Assembly: GCA_000934665.2 (NCBI GenBank)
Contig: KZ538274.1
Location: 1-64,000, forward strand
Reading direction: 5' to 3'
Source: Catajapyx aquilonaris
Lineage: Eukaryota
Length of the DNA: 64,000 bases
The notes under the pieces were generated by a model. That model saw nothing but the letters and a program-made list of their open reading frames with translations. It did no database searches and was not told where the DNA came from. Shown in pieces: positions 62,601-64,000 of the stretch; position 1 is the stretch's first letter; each line of letters starts with the position of its first letter. The position numbers were made by a program, and so were the translations under genes.

Positions 62601-64000
62601 CCCATATTTACTTGAACCAGTTACAAATTCAATCCCTTCCTATTTGTCTGCTCAAGGGCATGATGTAATGGTGAAAATATTTGCCACTACTTGACTGGGT
62701 CTTCTTTATCATATCATAGTACAGAGGCCTCCCTGCATTGTGCCTTATGCTGTTTCATACTGTTAAAAGCAGAGCGCAAACTTTGACATCACTATATTGA
62801 ACATGCTACAATGTACGTAAATATCTAAATTTGACCCAGTATAATATACAGCATTTTACGTTACAGATATGAGGGAATTACATGTTGACATATTCATAAC
62901 ATATTTTGCTTTGAAAATATTCTAGCATTTCAGGGGTTAACCCATGACATTTCCTGTCATTGAATATAATTAAGCAATCTGTTGGCTACTAGTTGCTTCC
63001 TGCATGCTCTCATTCAGTCATGGATAAGCACTTCTATAATTAACATGCTATGGTAGTCTGACAAAAAAATGCAGTTAGTGACGGAAAATATCTTCATTAT
63101 TGTTATAGTTCTGTTTTGGCTTTCACATTTGCCTTTTCAGTAAATTGCATTGTGCAATACATTTGCAGTTACTGTACTTTTTAATCTAATGAATGCGATG
63201 GAGCCAATTAGATTTGTTGTCTGTGTGTAGGCCTTAGCATTTATATGTGCACATTCCCACTTACTCTTTCGCACTAACGATGGAACGGACACATGGACGC
63301 ATAGCCTATCCCTTGACAGGTCGCCGTCTCCCCGCCGCCTCCACATGCGACCATCCCAGCAGCACAGCTACCCTCTGCTGCCAACCCGCCGTGGAGCTGG
63401 ACGCCGCCTTCCCCCAACACCCAACAAGCCGTCTCTCCTCAGCTTAGCATCCTCAGCGGTTCCCATCGGTGGAGGTCCAATGGGTCCACTGGCTCTCCCT
63501 CCCTTACCCCTATCTCTCCCCCTGCCTTTGCCCCTTCCAGCACCTCCTCCATCTCCTGGTTCCCAGGGCCCTACCCACTTCCCACAGGTTAGTCGATCCC
63601 CAACAGCACCCCCACCTGCTGGTCCCCTTGGGCCTTCCCCAGCTGGAGCGGTGCCCCTTCCAACATTAGGTGCTGGGTTACGGTCACACTCACCCTCAGC
63701 CAGCATAAACTTTCCCAAGTTGAACGCCTCACCCACGCACACCACCGGCAGTCGTCCTCCAAATGTGGCTGCAGCAGCTGCGGCAGCTGCAGCTGCTTTT
63801 AGATGGGACCGTGACAGGTGGTCACCAGCACGGGAGAGGGCTGGAGCAGCCAGTGCAGGTGTTGGTGACTGGGGAGGTGCCGGCGCCTCCGGAGTTGTTG
63901 GTGACTATGCTTATTTGGCGGAGGAAGAACCGCTGAGTTTCGAGCAGGCTTTGGCTATGGGGGGCGGTGCTGGTGGACCAAATGTGGCAGCACCTGTTGG
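24485..64000 (+). CDS. cac: Cav2-type voltage-gated calcium channel alpha-1 subunit (cacophony ortholog); multi-exon gene, 3' end outside window; probably begins at 5341
   Basis: Phase-consistent exon chain encoding four 6-TM repeats with S4 R/K-x-x motifs, pore loops TMEGW/TGEDW/TGEGW/TGESW (EEEE), [23 protein letters not shown]-hand/IQ-like region and cac-type tail motifs ([36 protein letters not shown]). Confidence 0.97.
26573..26635. repeat. (AAT)n microsatellite, about 21 units
   Basis: Perfect trinucleotide run. Confidence 0.97.
26687..27546. mobile_element. Degenerate fold-back DNA element inside the U12 intron
   Basis: Ends aggtcactcgtaac / gttacagagtgactt; nested imperfect inverted blocks about 26915-27100 versus 27236-27440. 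Confidence 0.65.
27608..27713 (+). CDS. cac: Domain I S1 exon ([24 protein letters not shown]...)
   Basis: Conserved IS1; donor TTG|GTAAGT. Confidence 0.95.
27904..28043 (+). CDS. cac: Domain I S2-S3 exon ([19 protein letters not shown]...DFVVVVTG)
   Basis: cag| acceptor, GG|GTGAGT donor, phase 0 to 2. Confidence 0.96.
29344..29447 (+). CDS. cac: Domain I S4, mutually exclusive variant 1 ([21 protein letters not shown])
   Basis: S4 motif, phase 2 to 1, ccag| and A|GTAAGG; paralogous to 31160-31260. Confidence 0.93.
31160..31260 (+). CDS. cac: Domain I S4, mutually exclusive variant 2 ([21 protein letters not shown])
   Basis: S4 motif, phase 2 to 1, ttgcag| and A|GTAAGT; absent from the ORF track. 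Confidence 0.94.
31458..31598 (-). mobile_element. Non-autonomous Helitron-like element, copy 3 (short, diverged)
   Basis: Reverse complement of the 5' tttgtgagtc..gtctgtc and 3' cccgggcaactccggg..CTAA|T ends of copies 1 and 2. Confidence 0.75.
32100..32255 (+). CDS. cac: Domain I S5 exon ([39 protein letters not shown]...)
   Basis: Conserved IS5, phase 1 to 1. Confidence 0.96.
32327..32547 (+). CDS. cac: Domain I pore loop exon (...[15 protein letters not shown])
   Basis: Filter glutamate I; tttcag| and TGG|GTGAGT. Confidence 0.96.
32670..32773 (+). CDS. cac: Domain I S6 exon (TNDAMG...[13 protein letters not shown])
   Basis: Conserved IS6, phase 0 to 2. Confidence 0.96.
32853..32968 (+). 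CDS. cac: I-II linker exon with AID ([38 protein letters not shown])
   Basis: Canonical QQxExxLxGYxxWIxxAE beta-subunit binding motif. Confidence 0.96.
33218..33277 (+). CDS. cac: I-II linker exon ([20 protein letters not shown])
   Basis: 60 nt, phase 1 to 1, cac-like sequence. Confidence 0.94.
34901..34999 (+). CDS. cac: I-II linker exon ([27 protein letters not shown]...)
   Basis: Strong pyrimidine tract, G|GTAAGG donor, cac-like sequence. Confidence 0.94.
35204..35224 (+). CDS. cac: Candidate 21-nt microexon (EPKKKQK) in I-II linker
   Basis: tcttttctttcag| acceptor, AAG|GTACGG donor, frame-preserving phase 1 to 1. Confidence 0.6.
36637..36721 (+). CDS. cac: I-II linker exon ([29 protein letters not shown])
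   Basis: Phase 1 to 2; AG|GTGAGT. Confidence 0.92.
36888..37015 (+). CDS. cac: Domain II S1 exon
   Basis: [32 protein letters not shown]. Confidence 0.96.
37091..37313 (+). CDS. cac: Domain II S2-S4 exon
   Basis: ...SFNRFDCVV...[15 protein letters not shown]. Confidence 0.96.
37396..37600 (+). CDS. cac: Domain II S5 exon
   Basis: [13 protein letters not shown]...[11 protein letters not shown]...ALLTVFQ. Confidence 0.96.
37664..37882 (+). CDS. cac: Domain II pore and S6 exon
   Basis: [12 protein letters not shown]...[23 protein letters not shown]. Confidence 0.96.
38010..38134 (+). CDS. cac: II-III linker exon ([16 protein letters not shown]...)
   Basis: Phase 0 to 2; TA|GTAAGT. Confidence 0.92.
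38191..38313 (+). CDS. cac: II-III linker exon (...[19 protein letters not shown])
   Basis: Conserved PYSSMF motif, phase 2 to 2. Confidence 0.95.
38369..38558 (+). CDS. cac: Domain III S1-S2 exon
   Basis: [35 protein letters not shown]...FTVEMVLK. Confidence 0.96.
39522..39634 (+). CDS. cac: Domain III S2-S3, mutually exclusive variant 1 ([37 protein letters not shown])
   Basis: Phase 0 to 2, AT|GTGAGT; paralogous to 40397-40503. Confidence 0.93.
40397..40503 (+). CDS. cac: Domain III S2-S3, mutually exclusive variant 2 ([35 protein letters not shown])
   Basis: Phase 0 to 2, long pyrimidine tract, TC|GTGAGT. Confidence 0.92.
40991..41164. mobile_element. MITE, Tc1/mariner-type ends (CAGGGTG), TA target duplication
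   Basis: 29-bp TIRs with one mismatch, TA on both sides. Confidence 0.87.
42050..42310 (+). CDS. cac: Domain III S4-S5 exon
   Basis: [34 protein letters not shown]... Confidence 0.96.
42392..42535 (+). CDS. cac: Domain III pore exon
   Basis: [23 protein letters not shown]. Confidence 0.96.
42593..42794 (+). CDS. cac: Domain III S6 exon
   Basis: [34 protein letters not shown]. Confidence 0.96.
42854..43018 (+). CDS. cac: III-IV linker and IVS1 exon
   Basis: [18 protein letters not shown]...[22 protein letters not shown]. Confidence 0.96.
46957..47067 (+). CDS. cac: Domain IV S1-S2 loop/S2, variant 1 ([37 protein letters not shown])
   Basis: 111 nt, phase 0 to 0, S2 motif N..FT..F..E..LK; AGG|GTAAGA. 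Confidence 0.92.
49979..50089 (+). CDS. cac: Domain IV S1-S2 loop/S2, variant 2 ([37 protein letters not shown])
   Basis: 111 nt, phase 0 to 0, same S2 motif; AAG|GTGACT. Confidence 0.88.
51900..51983 (+). CDS. cac: Domain IV S3 exon
   Basis: [28 protein letters not shown]. Confidence 0.95.
52066..52182 (+). CDS. cac: Domain IV S4 exon
   Basis: [34 protein letters not shown]. Confidence 0.96.
52246..52311 (+). CDS. cac: Domain IV S5 exon
   Basis: [22 protein letters not shown]. Confidence 0.96.
52620..52793. mobile_element. MITE, pogo/Tigger-like ends (CAGTAAAACCTCGATATAA)
   Basis: About 19-bp TIRs, TA flanks. Confidence 0.82.
53412..53503 (+). CDS. cac: Domain IV S5-pore helix, mutually exclusive variant 1 ([31 protein letters not shown])
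   Basis: 92 nt, phase 0 to 2; AAG acceptor; CG|GTGAGT. Confidence 0.92.
54228..54319 (+). CDS. cac: Domain IV S5-pore helix, mutually exclusive variant 2 ([31 protein letters not shown]); GC donor
   Basis: 92 nt, phase 0 to 2; donor CAG|GCAAGT. Confidence 0.92.
55173..55341 (+). CDS. cac: Domain IV pore and S6 exon
   Basis: [14 protein letters not shown]...[12 protein letters not shown]. Confidence 0.96.
55418..55545 (+). CDS. cac: IVS6 end / EF-hand exon
   Basis: [43 protein letters not shown]. Confidence 0.96.
55623..55825 (+). CDS. cac: EF-hand / pre-IQ exon
   Basis: [26 protein letters not shown]...[19 protein letters not shown]. Confidence 0.96.
56037..56138 (+). CDS. cac: Pre-IQ exon
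   Basis: [33 protein letters not shown]. Confidence 0.93.
56205..56314 (+). CDS. cac: IQ-like exon
   Basis: [33 protein letters not shown]. Confidence 0.93.
56595..56627 (+). CDS. cac: Candidate 33-nt cassette exon ([11 protein letters not shown])
   Basis: gtttctgcttgcag| acceptor; weak donor GCG|GTAGTA; phase 0 to 0. Confidence 0.4.
57450..57598 (+). CDS. cac: Probable optional C-terminal exon ([32 protein letters not shown]...)
   Basis: ttaac...cttgtgcag| acceptor, CAG|GTAAGC donor, open frame, phase 0 to 2. Confidence 0.6.
57756..57849 (+). CDS. cac: Probable optional C-terminal exon ([15 protein letters not shown]...PPMTQ); 3' boundary uncertain
   Basis: Strong acceptor; only the phase-2 frame is open; donor CAG|GTCCGC returns to phase 0, and the frame otherwise stays open to 58065. 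Confidence 0.5.
59383..59555 (+). CDS. cac: C-terminal exon ([16 protein letters not shown]...[13 protein letters not shown])
   Basis: Phase 0 to 2, cac-like xLELQ..LHPG motifs; AG|GTGAGT. Confidence 0.88.
59630..59760 (+). CDS. cac: C-terminal exon ([25 protein letters not shown])
   Basis: Conserved DIGFSD motif; phase 2 to 1. Confidence 0.9.
59928..59948 (+). CDS. cac: Candidate 21-nt microexon (AYHDDEY)
   Basis: atgacc-ttctctctctgtcccag| acceptor, ATG|GTAGGG donor, phase 1 to 1. Confidence 0.6.
60811..61530. mobile_element. Non-autonomous DNA transposon, 720 bp, TA flanks
   Basis: 28-bp TIRs cagtattacctcacttaaagcggcatgc / gcatgcctctttaagtgaggtaatacag with two mismatches; no transposase ORF. 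Confidence 0.8.
61940..62264 (+). CDS. cac: C-terminal exon ([10 protein letters not shown]...RSASNSPDR...TTSLEQRSR)
   Basis: Phase 1 to 2; TTSLxQRSR motif; an in-frame alternative acceptor lies 15 nt upstream (61925). Confidence 0.88.
63320..64000 (+). CDS. cac: Distal C-terminal exon, truncated by window end
   Basis: Open frame with [35 protein letters not shown]; no stop before 64000. Confidence 0.92.

Noticed and set aside
31957..63745. Minus-strand ORFs overlapping exons (e.g. 41984-42433, 63368-63745)
   Set aside because: Antisense shadows of the channel coding sequence.
1..64000. CRISPR arrays, rRNA/tRNA genes, autonomous transposase or reverse transcriptase genes
   Set aside because: No repeat-spacer periodicity, RNA gene signature or long enzyme ORF was recognised by eye.

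Overview
Eukaryotic (arthropod-like) genomic DNA almost entirely occupied by one plus-strand gene: the pore-forming alpha-1 subunit of a Cav2-type voltage-gated calcium channel (cacophony/CACNA1A-B-E family). I assembled it by hand from splice signals and reading phase. It has probable first coding exons at 5341-5438, a 19-kb intron, and about 40 exons covering domains I-IV (EEEE filter, AID, EF-hand/IQ region), and the C-terminal exon runs off the window end. The gene has a U12-type AT-AC intron, a GC-AG intron, four tandem-duplicated mutually exclusive exon pairs (IS4, IIIS2-S3, IVS1-S2, IVS5-P) and several microexon candidates. The most striking observation is RNA structure: the introns in and around all four exon pairs contain long-range, G-U- and bulge-containing complementary segments. 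These include nested duplexes that fold the inter-exon introns, a possible switch masking the IS4 donor, and a docking-site/two-selector arrangement, together suggesting structure-based control of exon choice. Introns also carry non-autonomous Helitron-like elements and TA-flanked MITEs. Comparisons with Drosophila and vertebrate channels are from memory, and all base pairings were found by eye, not computed. The species cannot be determined from the sequence.
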